A stretch of DNA of 64,000 nucleotides from Balanoglossus misakiensis (lineage: Eukaryota; Animalia; Hemichordata): assembly GCA_040954595.2 (NCBI GenBank), contig CM082584.2:1040281-1104280 (forward strand), in the 5' to 3' direction. This document shows, piece after piece, positions 1 through 13,767 of this stretch. Numbering within the stretch: the stretch's first letter is position 1; each line of letters begins with the position of its first letter. The notes under the pieces were generated by a model, which was not told the DNA's origin, searched no databases, and worked only from the letters and a program-made list of their open reading frames with translations. Both the position numbers and the translations under genes were made by a program.

Positions 1-2443
1 CTCAAAGTATATCAGGTATGATGACATTACCTACATGCATACAAATGTTCATAGCAGTCTAACCAGTTGTTGAGTTTTGATCAATTCCACATATTTCACA
101 GGTTATTTGCGTATTTTTGCAATGACAACTTCATTTAAGCAAAATCCCATCTACACACCAAAATAAAAAAAGCGTGGTTTCATGTTTTGGATCAGGGCAG
201 ACATACATCCATATATACATGTAACATGCATACACACATGTACACACACACACAAACACATGCATACATGGCTGCATACATACATACATACATACATACA
301 TACATACATACATACAGAGGGAAACGGTCTGGTAATCAATGTTGTGACACTAGCATTAGGCCTTAAACCCCGGTGCGGAAAGTACTGGGGTTCGGATTAA
401 CGTGTGTTTGTACAGTTGTTTATTTGGGAGTGGTCGTCGTGCATAATAACTGTGTAATTGATCTCATGTACATAGAAAATAATTGAACACTTTACACCTC
501 TGTGCGATTGACAGCTGTTTGAATGGCGTGGTTATTGTTTCCCAGGGATGCTTCTGAAAAGCACTGAAACCAGATTTCTCCCAAAATCATCGTTGTTTCA
601 AAAGCTCGTGTACTTTTTCATCGATAACTTTATGTTGTGTGTGTTTATAAAGCCAACCACTGTCGTTGTGTGGTGTAATTCTTTATGCTTGGATCTGTTT
701 GGGCCGATTTTCATAGAGCCAAGATCGTTGGTGTTGTCTGTTGTCAGTCAAACGGCATTAAGATTCGCCACTGATTTGGGGGGTCTTTTATACCACGCAT
801 CGGGGTTTAATGTTTATCAATTTATATCATATGAAGTTTTATGTATTCATAATTATTCAGAGAAGCAAATTTTTAAAAATGTGAAATTGTTATCAATCGG
901 ATGTGCACTGACAGCATGCTTATATGGAATACAGGTACTCTAACACAATCAGTCAAAACACTTTTGAATCATCAATAAATAACATATAGAATAATTTTAC
1001 AGGATTTAATTATTTATATTTGAACGCAAAGCGTAAATTCCCTTGTGCCATGGAATTCACAATCTGCAACTGGTGGGGTCCTTCTGCCAGTAAGAAGCAT
1101 CAGATAAATTCTGCATGCTCATCACCGAGGCAATTTAGGTGTACTTTTGTACTTTGAGAACTGTCGGTTTTCGCAACTGAAACTATGTTCACAGGACAGA
1201 GGAAAAACTAGAATGACAACAGCTATGTAAGCTAACAAAAGAAACACAGAGCATAGTTCTCCATACTCATATTTTAATGCAATAATTTTTGCTGAAATTG
1301 GGGCGTCCGTGGGCAGGCAAAGGCAGTTCTAACTCAACTTGCAAATCAGGCCCATGTCTCTTGTTCCCTGAGACTGTCTGGTTCTAATAATAGCTGTAAG
1401 AACATAATCGTTGACCAAAGGGTTGGTTCAATTTTGCAACATTTTATGATTTCAAGCTGTGCAATATTTGCAACTCAGTTTCAACTTTGGTTGGAGGGAT
1501 GATGATGAAGCCATTTCACTGACAAAATAGCGCTACTGACTGATGTCAATGTTTGTTTACAGTCAAATGCATTGCCATCAGAAAAATGGATACGAAACAA
1601 TTCTTATGTGAATAATACACACTTTCTTGCACAACTGCAAACTCTGTCACATTTGTGAAATTTTAAGGAAATTCATTCATTGGGTAGCTTTATGAATTCT
1701 TAAACAAACTTAGTCATGAAACCTAAATGGTTACCTTACACATCTGGCGGCTCGACTTCTGTGATATGATAGTCTTCAATTAATGTGTATGTGATTCCAT
1801 ACAAATCCATATGATTACCTGAACGTACAAAATAAATAAAAAATAAAAAATAAATTAAAAATAAATAAGTATCTCATACATATGCATAAGTGCTTGTGAT
1901 AAATATATCCTGTATTTAAATAAACCTGTCATTTATTGACCTCGTTTTCCTATTAACCCAAAGGACTAGATTGCACTGTAATATTATTACAGCTTCATTT
2001 CAATGCAACAGGTACACTACATCATATTGGAGCAAATATGCCAGCTCAACATTGATATAAAGAGTGTCAAAATATTGGTGGCTACAAAAGCTTGTGTCCC
2101 TTCAATCCATCCTCGCACTCAGGTGAAAACGAACGTCATTAGTTTTTGGGAAAAAACCTCTGAAATCAATTTCGGTGAGGCCAAATGTGTTCCAAAGGCA
2201 AACCGTTTCTGGTAAACAAATCAATGGCAAATAATTACTTTGGCGACATACCAATCAGTCAACATGGCTGCCTAATCGTTGGATAGCCCGGTTTCATCTC
2301 GCGATCATTCTGTCTTCCGATATGGCGTTGCATGGTTAAATTCGTCTCTTCTTTGCCGACATAGTCAGGCGACAGCGGTCGAGAAGCATAGGCAGCGACG
2401 CCATCTTGTTTACAATGTGAAGCATCGACTGCGCATGCTCAAT
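1..2443. repeat. Left arm of a >=2.4-kb diverged inverted duplication (partner 26405-28692); composite of non-autonomous repeats; extends past the window start
   Basis: Colinear reverse-complement matches to 26405-28692, e.g. the near-identical spurious peptides at 2279-2494(+) and 26396-26584(-), and 1-90 vs 28600-28692. Further partial direct copies occur at ~35200-35632/36464-36667 and ~38864-39005. Confidence 0.9.
367..806. mobile_element. MITE with TTAA target duplication
   Basis: TTAA|ACCCCGGTGCG...CGCATCGGGGT|TTAA (11-bp TIR, 1 mismatch). The paralogous arm at ~28246 has a single TTAA (empty site). Confidence 0.8.
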
Positions 2444-3495
2444 AATTTTCCGCGTTTTTTTTTGCCAACGGCGCGCGCGCGGTGTCTGGTATAGAGAAAA
2501 TAACATGCAAGTGCGCGATTATTCATTTGTAAAAAATCAGTTATACATTTGTCATCAACGTTTGAAAACTTTCAATGATCTTACCTCGGTAAGCATTTCA
2601 AATAGGTACATTTTTATTTAGAACCATCGTATGTGGAAAATAATAAAACACAGAGTGGGGATTGGCCCTATGTTTGACTTGATCATACCCAGCTCGGTTT
2701 GCGTTTTGTCATTGACGAGGGTGTCAGACTTTTGCTGAGAGAGTGAGTTTCTATAGCGTAAACGTTTATCGACTGGACTTTCTGTGCGCCAACAATTACA
2801 TTATTTTTGGCCGGGGAACACGTGCAACTTTTGATGACTGTTTTTCTAGCGCCGTGTTTTTATCTTACGACCTAGAATACCTGCTTTCGTCACCATGGTC
2901 TGCTCTGCACGTACTATGCTTTCCAGTTTATGTAGCTTGAAGTTGTACCACATTTTGGTTTCCGAGCTGTAGCGAACATAAAACCGAAACTAATAGCTAC
3001 GTGTTGACCGCAGCGACTGCGTGTTTTTTTGTTGTATTCCCAACCTACAGTTTATTCTCATGCAGCTCAGACTGAGGTCGCTTCTAAGAGAAAAAACAAC
3101 AACATATTTTGGCTGCTGCCAGACCAGGAATGGAAAATCTTGAGTGGCGCTGGGCTGCATTTCTCTGTAGGACTGTAGTTGTATTGTGCAAGGGTTCGCC
3201 AGCATCGCCTTCAGACTTGTTGTCATAGTCACTGGTGGCGGTTTGTCCTGCACTACTCGTCGTTCTATTTGATGTGGTGGTATTATTCCCAGATGTCTGT
3301 GCCGAGGATCCTGCCCGTTTTCCGATTCTCTTCGTTTTGTCGGCCATTTGCTTCACTTTTTCTGTCATTGTTGCGACGTCAGTCTCTGTTGTTGTTCGAA
3401 GGAGGCGAAAGTCCATTCACCATTAATAGCCGAATTTCCAAGATCGTCCGTTAATTACAATGCGACGTCACGCTACCATGTCCTAAGAAAGACTA

Positions 3496-3670
3496 CAGGG
3501 CACATTTTTTTATCTCGTGCGCACGACTTACGTGTGCATGTGATATTTTCTCGTGAACACGAGTGCGCTCGCAATTTTCTCGTGCGCACGAGATATGCAC
3601 GAGATAGCATGTTTCTCGTGCACACGAGAAAACATCTCGCTGGAACAAGATACTATCTCTTGCACAAGAA
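3496..3670. repeat. Cluster of short palindromic (CTCGTGCGCACGAG-like) repeats, probably a non-autonomous element remnant
   Basis: Repeated tctcgtgcgcacga / tctcgtgaacacgag / tctcgtgcacacgaga motifs. Confidence 0.55.
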
Positions 3671-6169
3671 ATAGAATAACTGGCAGCCACTATGATGTCT
3701 GCCACAGGCAAATTTAAATATTCCACTCTGGATCTTCTTTCAGCCCTTCGGAAAACATGAGCATTTATGAAATCCGGCTCTCAATTTTTCGAGAAGTTCC
3801 AGCAGTTGTGGTGTCGCCAAAAACGAATGTATGCCATTCCTGGCGGAAAAAAATATGCAAGAGACGCTTGCAATACACTGCCATCTACCTGACCGCCCTA
3901 CATGCCTTAATGTAAGGTAGAAGGTCGGGCGGTAGGAAGAGTTCACCAAAAGAGGGCGCATTTTATCATCCATTGATTTATACTGTGTACGAGCAGAGAA
4001 GCCTCAGTGTTTGCGGTTAGAACCGTATCGGTAAGACAAAGACAGAAGAGTTGACAGACAACAAACTTATTCAGTTTATATCATATAATTCTTACTGTAA
4101 AACGTTCCCTGAATAAAGCCTTGTGCTCATAAGAACATTGAAGATTGTCGCATACAGACCGACACCCTTTTATCTATTGTAGGTATTGAATAGAACGCTA
4201 AATACCTGTGTATTTCTTATTCATTATGCAATGATGTAACACAACAAGTTTCGGACAGTGTGAAGAAAGGGCCAAAGCACTCTTGCAAGTTAGTGTTGTG
4301 TACTCTTTTCCAACACTGCTGCAAGCTGTTCAGCAACTGATGCTGCTTGTATCTCCGATGACAAATGGACAGTCTGTGTGCTGTCAAAGTAAATCCATCA
4401 ATTTTGCGGAGCTGAAAGGAAAATGGCAGCTTGTCAAACTCAAATCTGCCAGACGAAATAGGGAAAGAAATGCATAACAGGTAATCCACCATAGTATGAA
4501 TTTTAGCCAGCATCCTATGAAATGCGGTGAAACGGAACTGCAATTAATTTTAAATGAATTCTGCTCAAATTGTTTTGTTAGTTCTCAACATTGGATTGGA
4601 ACCGTTAAATATATTGTACCGTATAACATTATCATACAGGTTAGTATGTCAAATATTTTTCCATTTGGCATTTTCTTCTTGAGGTCATTTCAACAGTATG
4701 CACACCACAGTTTGTGAGATATGGACAGAAACAAACAGGAATCTATGCAATGTTATAATAGTATATTATTGTTAACAAGAAAGCGGCAACTCTCTGCCTG
4801 GCAGAGAATAATGATAGTCTTTTTGAAAAAAAGGGCGTGCTGAGGATATGGTCAGTCAAAAACATACATGTATAAGGTATGCCTGAACTAATTTTTAATA
4901 TGGTGTACATAAATATTTATGCATTGTCGCAATGACTGGAGGTCTTTAAATGACCAAGCTGTATGGACACCTCATTCAATGTTACATATATTTGTTATTA
5001 CATGTTTTATTGAAATTGCCAGTTGTCTGTTTTAATTCTGGCAGTTCTGCTGTGTCTTTTGTCTTGCCCTGACAGAATGCAGTAATATTTGCAGTACAAG
5101 AGGAGTGTCAGTAAATAGTGGAGCAATATCTTTCTACGAATGTACTCATGCATTGCTCCAAAGTGAAGTACATTCGCAAAACCAGTTTGGGAAATCGGGA
5201 CTCTTTTCAAGATAATACCACATTTTTGTGGATGTCACATGACATGGAAACACTCTAGAATCACGATTGAGATAAGGTTTCGGTTTGATATACCACTTCC
5301 TTGTTATTTCAATCTGTATGTTTTCTTAACCCCCTCCCTCGAAAAAAGGTAATTGAGGTTATTGTAAAATTACCTGAAAACAAACAGGCTACTCTAGCCT
5401 CCTTTTTATGAGGTTTGTGATGTAACATATTTTGAATTTCGTGAATCGATCAAAAGTTTCCGTGCACTAACTATCAAAACTATACCAAAAAATAATTTGG
5501 GCAATTCATAAGGAGAATCTAGTGGGTCAGCGGCTATAGAACTGACGTAAGTGTAAGTATCAGAGGATTGTGGATACGAGGCTGGGAAGAGCAAAACTCG
5601 AACACTCATGAAATCTACACGTGACGCCAAATTCTTTGTAATATGAACAGTGGAAAACTGCCATGCCATCCCTCTAAGTGCAAACTTCCAAAGATTTCAA
5701 TCTGGTGATATTTAAAAAAAATATTTTATTCAAATTCATGTGGTGATATTTAAAAAAAATATTTTATTCAAATTCATGTTATAAATTAAACTTGCATCTA
5801 TGATATAGAAATGACTCTGTCTTATATAACAAAAATACAAATAACTTGGTTAGATGACCAAAGATTTCCCATCTCGAAAAGTTTCTACCAAAATGACTAA
5901 CTCCAAATCTGCTAAGAGAGCCCTAGCAAATTTAATCACTGCACATTACTCTCGATAAAACGAAATATTGCGCATTCATTTTGTCCTTGAATTGAAATGC
6001 ATGGCCAGTGTTCATAGACTTCACACACACAGGATGTTTAAGGAGTTGAATTGTTATTGACAGCGACCAGGTCGGTAGATTCTATTGGATGAAGAAAAAA
6101 TGAAAAGACAGTCAGTACATAGCTAAATTCTCCTATACAAGGGCGTCTTCAATTGGTACAGTGACTGAC

Positions 6170-6245
6170 TGAATGGATGAATGAATGAATGAATGAATGA
6201 ATGAATGAATGAATGAATGAATGAATGAATGAATGAATGATGAAC
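6170..6245. repeat. (GAAT)n microsatellite
   Basis: Direct reading. Confidence 0.95.
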
Positions 6246-6924
6246 GGATGAGTCGTAATAATATGCTTCAATCATAGGGGCTTTGAAAATTATTAAAATA
6301 AAATAAAAAATAATGTACTCACAACCGACATTTATACAACAGACAGCTCAAGAAACTCCTCCATGTGTACAATACTTTGCCAATTTAGTGACAACATCAG
6401 CTTGCAGAGCACGTGAGCACCGCTTTCGCCAGCCTGTGGTGCCCGCATATCTTTTTTGTTCAGCAGTAACATGCACGACACATGCAGAGACACAAACGTC
6501 CATGTTGCAAATTGTAGATGAAAGCATCAGCTGCGCTGGTTTTATGGTCAGCATCACTGGCTGTTACATGAAAACTGTTTGTCACATACCTTAACCAACA
6601 TATACGTGTATCTGTATGGAAAGAAAGTAGGCTCACCCCCGGTACAGTATTATTTTATTTTGCATGCACGCAATGGCCTGAATTTGCTAAACTGGGATCA
6701 TCTGCGCGCATTTCAAAACGTGCTCGTTGCTTAACTTCGCGTGCTTTACTACTCACAATTATTCCACTTGTGAACGAACACGTCACCCAATTTTACAGTG
6801 TAGCCATGTGGAAAACTGGTGACAAGGTAATATTTCATTCGAAGATCAACCTACGTTCAGAAAGTTTGCATTGTGGTGAATTCTCACTGCTCTCGCAATG
6901 CGGTCTGTGGCTCACTGCCGCAGA

Positions 6925-6967
6925 CACAGCCGTATTCAGCCTGAATTCTAGTTGGAGTAAAGAAATA
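6925..6967 (+). repeat. Left-hand (3'-end) bipartite TIR: CACAGCC + 11-bp spacer + GAATTCTAGTTGGAGTAAAGAAATA
   Basis: The box at 6943-6967 is the exact reverse complement of 14344-14368. Confidence 0.92.
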
Positions 6968-7548
6968 CAAACTCACAAACCTTACCAAATTACATCGATA
7001 GAGGGCGATATTCATATGGCAATCCTGATCTGTGCTGTGGTCACAAATTTAATACAATACACATTTTAAAAGTACAAGTTTAAAAAAAAATGTATGTAGT
7101 TTGAAAATTTATATTATTTCACTTTTAAATTCATAGATTTTTTCAATTAAATTATATTTTTAATTAATGTTTTTGGCCACGACCTTAAAAAATCATTGCT
7201 CTTGTTTTGTTGGACATACCATGAACCATTTGGTGGGATCTGTTCACTGGATATACTAAAAAATATGACAATAGGGGATTGTATATATATATATCTATAT
7301 CTATATATATATATATAGACACATATCTATATATATATGTATATATGTAATATTTAGACACATGGGCACACACACACACACTTATATAAATATATACCGG
7401 TATATATGTGTGTTCCGATCCATACACTCACACCTCTATGAACTACATCCAAACATCACAAGAAATGATTACTGACAAAACTTGTACTTTTTTAACCATT
7501 TATTCTTTTCTTTAGCAAAGTGCATGCATATCACTTCATCTTAAACAT

Positions 7549-10500
7549 TTAGCTGCTATCTTTGCGAGCCCTTTTCCTTATAGGTGGTTTAGGGTTTCCT
7601 GGGTGATTCCTGATATGATGATCTTTCACCATGCACTTCAACCTGTCTACGTCATTTGGCATTGAGGCATAACTCCTCTCTGCTGTGTTGAAGTGATGGT
7701 GAATGACCTCAATACCTTGCTCACCTAGAAAACCCAGCCCCATATTTGTCATTTCAATTTGACTGACAACATGACATTCAAGAAGGTGCATCTTTGGAAA
7801 CACAGATTCTTTAGGGAAATTTGATCTGTAATATTCCATAAGCCCTCGTATGTTGATACCTAGGAGAAAAAGAGAAAATATAAAATCCTTAGTGAGTGGT
7901 AATTTAAGAAATTGCAAGAGGTTTATCACTTTATCCACTAAACACTAAGGAATCCAAATGTAAAGAGTTACAACTACAACATGAACATACATATAAATGT
8001 AAACATCAAAATAAAATAAAATACAATAAATATAAAAATTATACACTCAGAGAGAGAACAAAAAAGGTGAACACAAGAAAAAATACAAATACAAAATAAA
8101 TTATCGTTGATTATCCAAACAAGAAAATAATACTTATTTTATGCAAACTTCAACATTGAATACATTTACAGCATGCAGCAACCAGGCTTCTAAATCTGCC
8201 CGTGGCTTCTCTGGTATAATTCAAGTATCTACAAACTGCCAAATAGAAAAAAAAACACCATAGAACACGGTTAGTTCAAATACATTATGAATAATCGAAC
8301 AAATGTGATTATCTTGATAAGAATAGTCACCAAGCTCAGTTATTTCATCTTGGGTCAACCTCCTTGAAAGAGAATATGTGTTGTGGCATGATGCAAACAG
8401 TGTCAGTAATGGTTTGAATTTGTCCCTTATGGCCTCTGCATCAGTAATCAGTTCTGGTGTCATCTCCTCAGTACACTGTACCACACTATCAACAATGATG
8501 TTGATATTCTTGTCCTGAATGTGAGATGGAAAAGATCTTATGTTTAATAGGTGTACGTGTTTGCATGAATGCATGAATAAGAAAATGTCAGAAACAAATT
8601 GAAAATGTATTTGTGAATATCTACAACAAAAGCAGAGTAAAACTAAATATTAATTTAACCTTTTCATTTCTAGGATTTGACCTGTATGAAATGAAAATAC
8701 CAACAGGCAAGCATACAAGCAGCAGATAACTTACTGCCTTGGGGAAACTTAAAATTTTAAGAAAGCTGCATGCCATTGTTATCTACATAAAAAAATGAAC
8801 TGGGGTCAATAACCACAAATCATGCCTTATTTTGCAGTTACTCTTATCCTCTGAAGTAAAACAATTTCTTCACTAGATTTAAAACTTGAATATTTGGGAA
8901 GCAATACAATATACTAGTATTATAGAAACCTTGCAGCATGTGTTGACATGGTTTCCAATGAAAGACTTTCCATGGTAAGCCTGTCTGTACACATGAATTT
9001 TATTTAGACTCCTATCAAGTTTCCTGACTGTATATCCAGCATCCCTTGGTAAGTTTCCTTTCAGGCTTGCTGCATCCTCTCTCTGTGTGGAAACAAAACT
9101 GTCAGTGAAACTATTGCAAAGCTGAAGTATGAAATCAAGAGTAGCATGGTTATCCAAAAGACAGGTGAAAATGAGGTGAAAGACTAGGATTATGTCCAAA
9201 ATAAATGTTTGTTTCTCATACCTCAGCACTTGAAATAACTATGGCAACAATTTTCCTGTTATGAGTACACATAAAATTTGGTTTTCTTTTTTCTGGTGTC
9301 ATATGAAACATTATATTATTCTGTTTCTATTACTGCAAATAGAAAAAAATCATTGACATGATCAAAACCTAGCATGAGAAACAAACACTGCAAAGTACTC
9401 TAACCCTAACCTTGGCCTTGGCACTTGCAATTAGCTTTTCCTGCACATCTGATGCTTTTGAAATAGCAGCTAATGAAAGGGAATCATCATCGCTGTCGTC
9501 ATCACTATCATCATCAAGAAGTTGTCTCTGAATGTTATTCTCCATGGCAGCAGCCCTGGCTTCTTGAGAGTCGGCCTCCCTTTCCAAGACAAGGGCCTCA
9601 CGAAGCAATGACACATATGCATCAAAACGTGCTGGTTTGAAGACAGGTTCATCAATGTCGTCATTTTTTTCCATAGCACAGAACATCTTAAGATCAAGTT
9701 CTGCACATGCATTTTCCAGCAACTCAAAAAACCTCTTATATAAGCCAAGGCTTATATGCAGTGCTGGAATTGCAACCTGGAAGCAAAACAAAATCAATGT
9801 AACTGTGAATAAAAAAAATACTGAGTTAAGTAAACTTTAACAGGCCTATTTGGAATATACTGTCTGGCTACTTAGTATTCCCTCAACAATAAATGTAATT
9901 ATTTATAGAGAAGATCATCAGTATACAGTTATGTTTTACATATTTTAGATTTTTTTGAGACAAACCCAAGACCTGAAGTAGCATTCACAAAGCCAGGACT
10001 CAAACCCACTAAGCTAACTTCCCAAGCTAAAAAAAGACTTCTTCTTTAGTTGCAATTTGATCCTGCATGTCTCCATCACATGTGCATATCATATGGTAAA
10101 GTGACAACTGGTAATGCTAGGAGCAAATAAAACTGTTTAACAACCAAGTCAAAATGACAATTATTGATTAAACTGCACACCCTGTTTAGAGGAATATCAA
10201 ACAAAGGCTTGTTGATACAGTTGTTGAACATCAACGCAGTCTTCTTATCACTCCCTGCTGCTACATAGGCCTGGTTGTCAGCTTTCAGTTGCTCAAGGGA
10301 CCGTTGTTTTATTTCTGGTCTGTCTCCTGGTTCACGCTTTGCTTCCTCCTTGGTAATAGTACACCAAAGACAGAAATATCTGCCTAAAGACAAATTACCC
10401 ATGAATTATTGCACATTTTGTACATTTGCTGAAAATAAATTATAATCATTCTTTCACATGGTAAATTACATATAGTGACTGGCTGACTGATAAACAAAGC

Positions 10501-13500
10501 TGCTGATAAACACTAGAGCACAATACTATTATCTAATAACTCCATCATTCATGAATGGAAAACAAGTGATTAGTAGCTCACAATTGACTAATACCTTATG
10601 TGTACTTACCACTTGCACCTGATAACCCATAAATGGTTGTCAGATATTCATAGTCACCAGCAAGAAAAGGAATAACCTTCTTATCTCTATGGAAGAAAGG
10701 TTTGAAAGTTAAAGGCATGGTACATAGCATAAAACATGTTGAAATAACAAATATTCAGTTTGCCAGCACAGTCACTATGAGTATGGCCAGCACTGCTATT
10801 GTTGACAATTGAATTGATTTCAATTGTAAGCGATAACAGTGTTTGTTATACATACACTGGTTGTGCTGACAGAATCGATATTGTGTGTTTCAACATGGTA
10901 TAAGGAACAGACAACACAGTGTTAGTTGAAAGAATCAAGCTAAAAGTATCTGAAACAAATAAAAGTTACAGCTACATGTACTGAGTGTCAGAAAACCAGC
11001 CATTGTAAGAAAAGGTGTGCATCAGTTTGAATAGAGCTGAACAGTTATGTACAATCCTCTACCATGGGTAATGCTGCAGAAGAGAAAACTATGACTAGAT
11101 ATTTTAATGCATAATTGAAATATTTGCATCATTTACATGTATATCATGTACTCACCTCCATGTGCAACTCTCTAATGAGTTGATTTGGTCTAAATTAACC
11201 TTGTAGGCAATCTCAAGGTTATGCCTTGTATCCGGTGCAGCAAAAATATTCCACACCACTGTGTTTTCAATTGAATTAAGGTTGGCCACATTACAAATCT
11301 GAAAGACAGATTTCATGCTGCCACCTCCCTTATCGCCCCCAACTTTACACCAGACTTCATCACAGGGAATAGTGCTTTCCTGCCAAGTAAGTTTATTTTC
11401 TCTGAAATATAAAGTAGATTGATATAATAATATCAATATAATAAATGCATTACAAACATGGTAGTAAAAAATGTTGAAGAATGAGAATGAAAAGACCACG
11501 TGTACAAAATATTGTCTAAAATGTGAAGTGAAATGTAGGTACCATTAGTCTAATTTAATTCAATTGAAAATGTGTAAAGTAAGGTCAAAACAAAACATAC
11601 TATTTATTTTTGACATTATATGATGTCTTTCATTTTTACGTCAATGAAGTTGAATGTTAACTCCAAATTATACTCCCTACCAGCATTCACAAGAACATTT
11701 TAGGGATAACTGAAAGTAAAATCCAAATTTGTTGATTATTCTCAATGTTACCTTTCCAAACACTCAAGCCTAGTAATGATTGCATCCTTCACATTCTCTA
11801 TTACTACCAATGGTGCAAGTCTGATTTCTGTGCAGTGTTTGCCATCTGTTCCCCTCACTTTAAATGTGAAGGGAAGTCTTTCCGCAGAAAGGGGCAGGGA
11901 TAGCGTTTCAGCAATTTCTCTGTCCCTTGTCTCTCCTTGGACATGTATGTTCCAATTTCGCAACCATCTGAGGAAAAAAATAGATTATGTTGAAATGCAT
12001 GTGTACTTACCCATCCCATGACACATTGCCACTATTGACAGGTTTGACTGTACTAGTAAAATATGCTATAAAAACGCTGGCATACACACCCACTTAATCC
12101 TTACCTCCTCAGTGCCCTCAACTTATTCCATGGTAGTGACAAACTGGTCTTTAGCATTAGACCAGCTCCAGGAGGAACATTAGGCAAAAGACCAAGGGAA
12201 TGTAGTTCAGTCTTCCCAAATCTGCCCAGCTCCCGCCTAACCTGTTGTGCTACTGCTTTGCTGTCACCTGACGCACCTGACGCACTTTCTCTTGTCTTCT
12301 CTACAATGGTTGCTCGATGTGCCTGTGTACGAGTTGATACTCTGGTGGAATCCTTCGCTGCCTTTGGGACATACATCAGGTGAATAGGCTTATGGGAGAA
12401 AAATGACACACGCAAATATTTTATTAACATGGGGACATATGTAATGCAGGTAAATGGCCTTACTAGGAAAAATTACACACAAATACATATGTCATGCTTA
12501 AACATATCAGATATGTCAACAATTGAACATTGTGACAATATTACAAAACACTATAACTACTTATTCATTCCTACTACAGTCATAATAATTATGACATTAA
12601 TTTCAAATCAACACTGTTTTTTCCTTACCTTTGATCTAGTTTTGAATGTTATCGCCTCTCCCTTTCTAGAGCCAGGGGTTTGTTCCAGTTTCAGTTTGAT
12701 TATTTTGGTTGCCACTGTATCGAAACCAGCCATCTTGTCGATTTTTTCAGAACAGTTAGCAATGGTGTCAAGTGCTTCTTGTGGGGATATAGTACTGGTT
12801 GTTTTCACGGTCTCTGGCTGGTGTACCGACCCATTCACATCGATGTCAGTGTCATTGCAATTTACATGTAATTGCTGTTGCTGTTCAGGGAGCTTGGCTG
12901 ACGCATAATGATGATCATGGGCAATTGATGTGTAGGGGCAGCTTTCAAAATGGCCTTTCAGATCCCTCAATGGCAGTTCTCTAGTACATCCCCAATTACT
13001 ATAATCGCAGTGTATTGTTAGTGAACTTAGGATATTTCCCAACATGACTGGAATCGAAGCAACTAAATTGCTGTCTATTGTAACCCGACAGACAGGACAT
13101 GTTGGGGAAACTTTGAACCACTCTGCCAAGCAGGGGGAACAAAATGTGTGGGGGTTAGCACACAGAATTTGGACAGGCTCGTCCACAATTTCTTTGCAAA
13201 TAGGGCAATCGAGTTCTTGGCCAATATATGTGCTGTGAATGAATCGTTGTGGAGACAGTCCCAGTGAACACCTAAACCTCTTGCCTGCTTTGGTCTTTAC
13301 AACATTGACGAAATCTATATCAACGGGTGTGTCAGTTTGACTTTGAGTTCCTGAACCCAACTTCCTATCATCAGAGTCATTAGGAGTAGACACGATATTT
13401 AACTTTTTTTTTCACGTCCTCGTTTCGTCTGTTTTGGTTTCCTTCCGGGTCGAGACCGAAGGCAAACATCACACTCACCGTTTCGCGGATGTTTTTTCCA

Positions 13501-13767
13501 CAATGTCACCTTCGTTCTCGGGCTATAGCTAGCTGTACTGACCTGTGTTACATGTAAACAGTAGTCGACTGTCCGCTTGCAATTCTTGCAGAAACTATTT
13601 GGATGAACTGTCGATTCGTCGTTGTTTACGTCAACATTGAACGTATCGCGCAATTGGGTTTGGAAGCTCTTACACGCGTACGAAGTACTGACGATTTTTG
13701 TACCACAAATTCTACACAGTGTTGAGATTAGACCCAAATGTGCATCCAAATCTTTCTTGGTGGCCAT
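7549..13767 (-). CDS. RAG1-like (Chapaev-type) transposase, 10 coding exons, ~1059 aa after correcting one frameshift in the A9 run at 13404-13412
   Basis: Exons read by eye, all GT-AG and phase-compatible: 13767-12629, 12388-12105, 11967-11752, 11401-11156, 10686-10610, 10383-10181, 9776-9411, 9082-8930, 8514-8331, 7859-7549. Motifs: HLGLISTLCRICG..D..HPNSFCKNC..WKKH..CDVC (RAG1 N-terminal Zn finger); C3HC4 RING CPIC..C..H.FC..C..CPVC; HCDY..GC..HFESC finger; KVGGDKGG (D1); LAGDYEYL..GLSGASGRYFCLWC (D2 + CxxC); PALHISLG; FIGNH; PKMHLLECH; LGEQGIE (E). Confidence 0.9.

Noticed and set aside
2660-3416. Minus-strand S/T-rich ORF (3084-3416) and protein-like downstream frames
   Set aside because: Multiple stops and no recognisable domain; possibly a decayed gene but not supportable.
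3688-3694. CACTATG, the ProtoRAG heptamer, downstream of the RAG1-like gene, suggesting a larger ProtoRAG with RAG2L in 3.7-7.5 kb
   Set aside because: No matching CATAGTG end or 5-bp TSD was seen on the other side and no kelch/PHD-like coding sequence was recognised. The true ends with TSD are at 6925 and 14395.
7549-13767. Calling the gene RAG1 or RAG1L proper
   Set aside because: Core motifs (GGDKGG, GDYE, D-x69-D), the 4-bp TSD and the absence of RAG2L fit Chapaev-type elements better, so no gene symbol was assigned.
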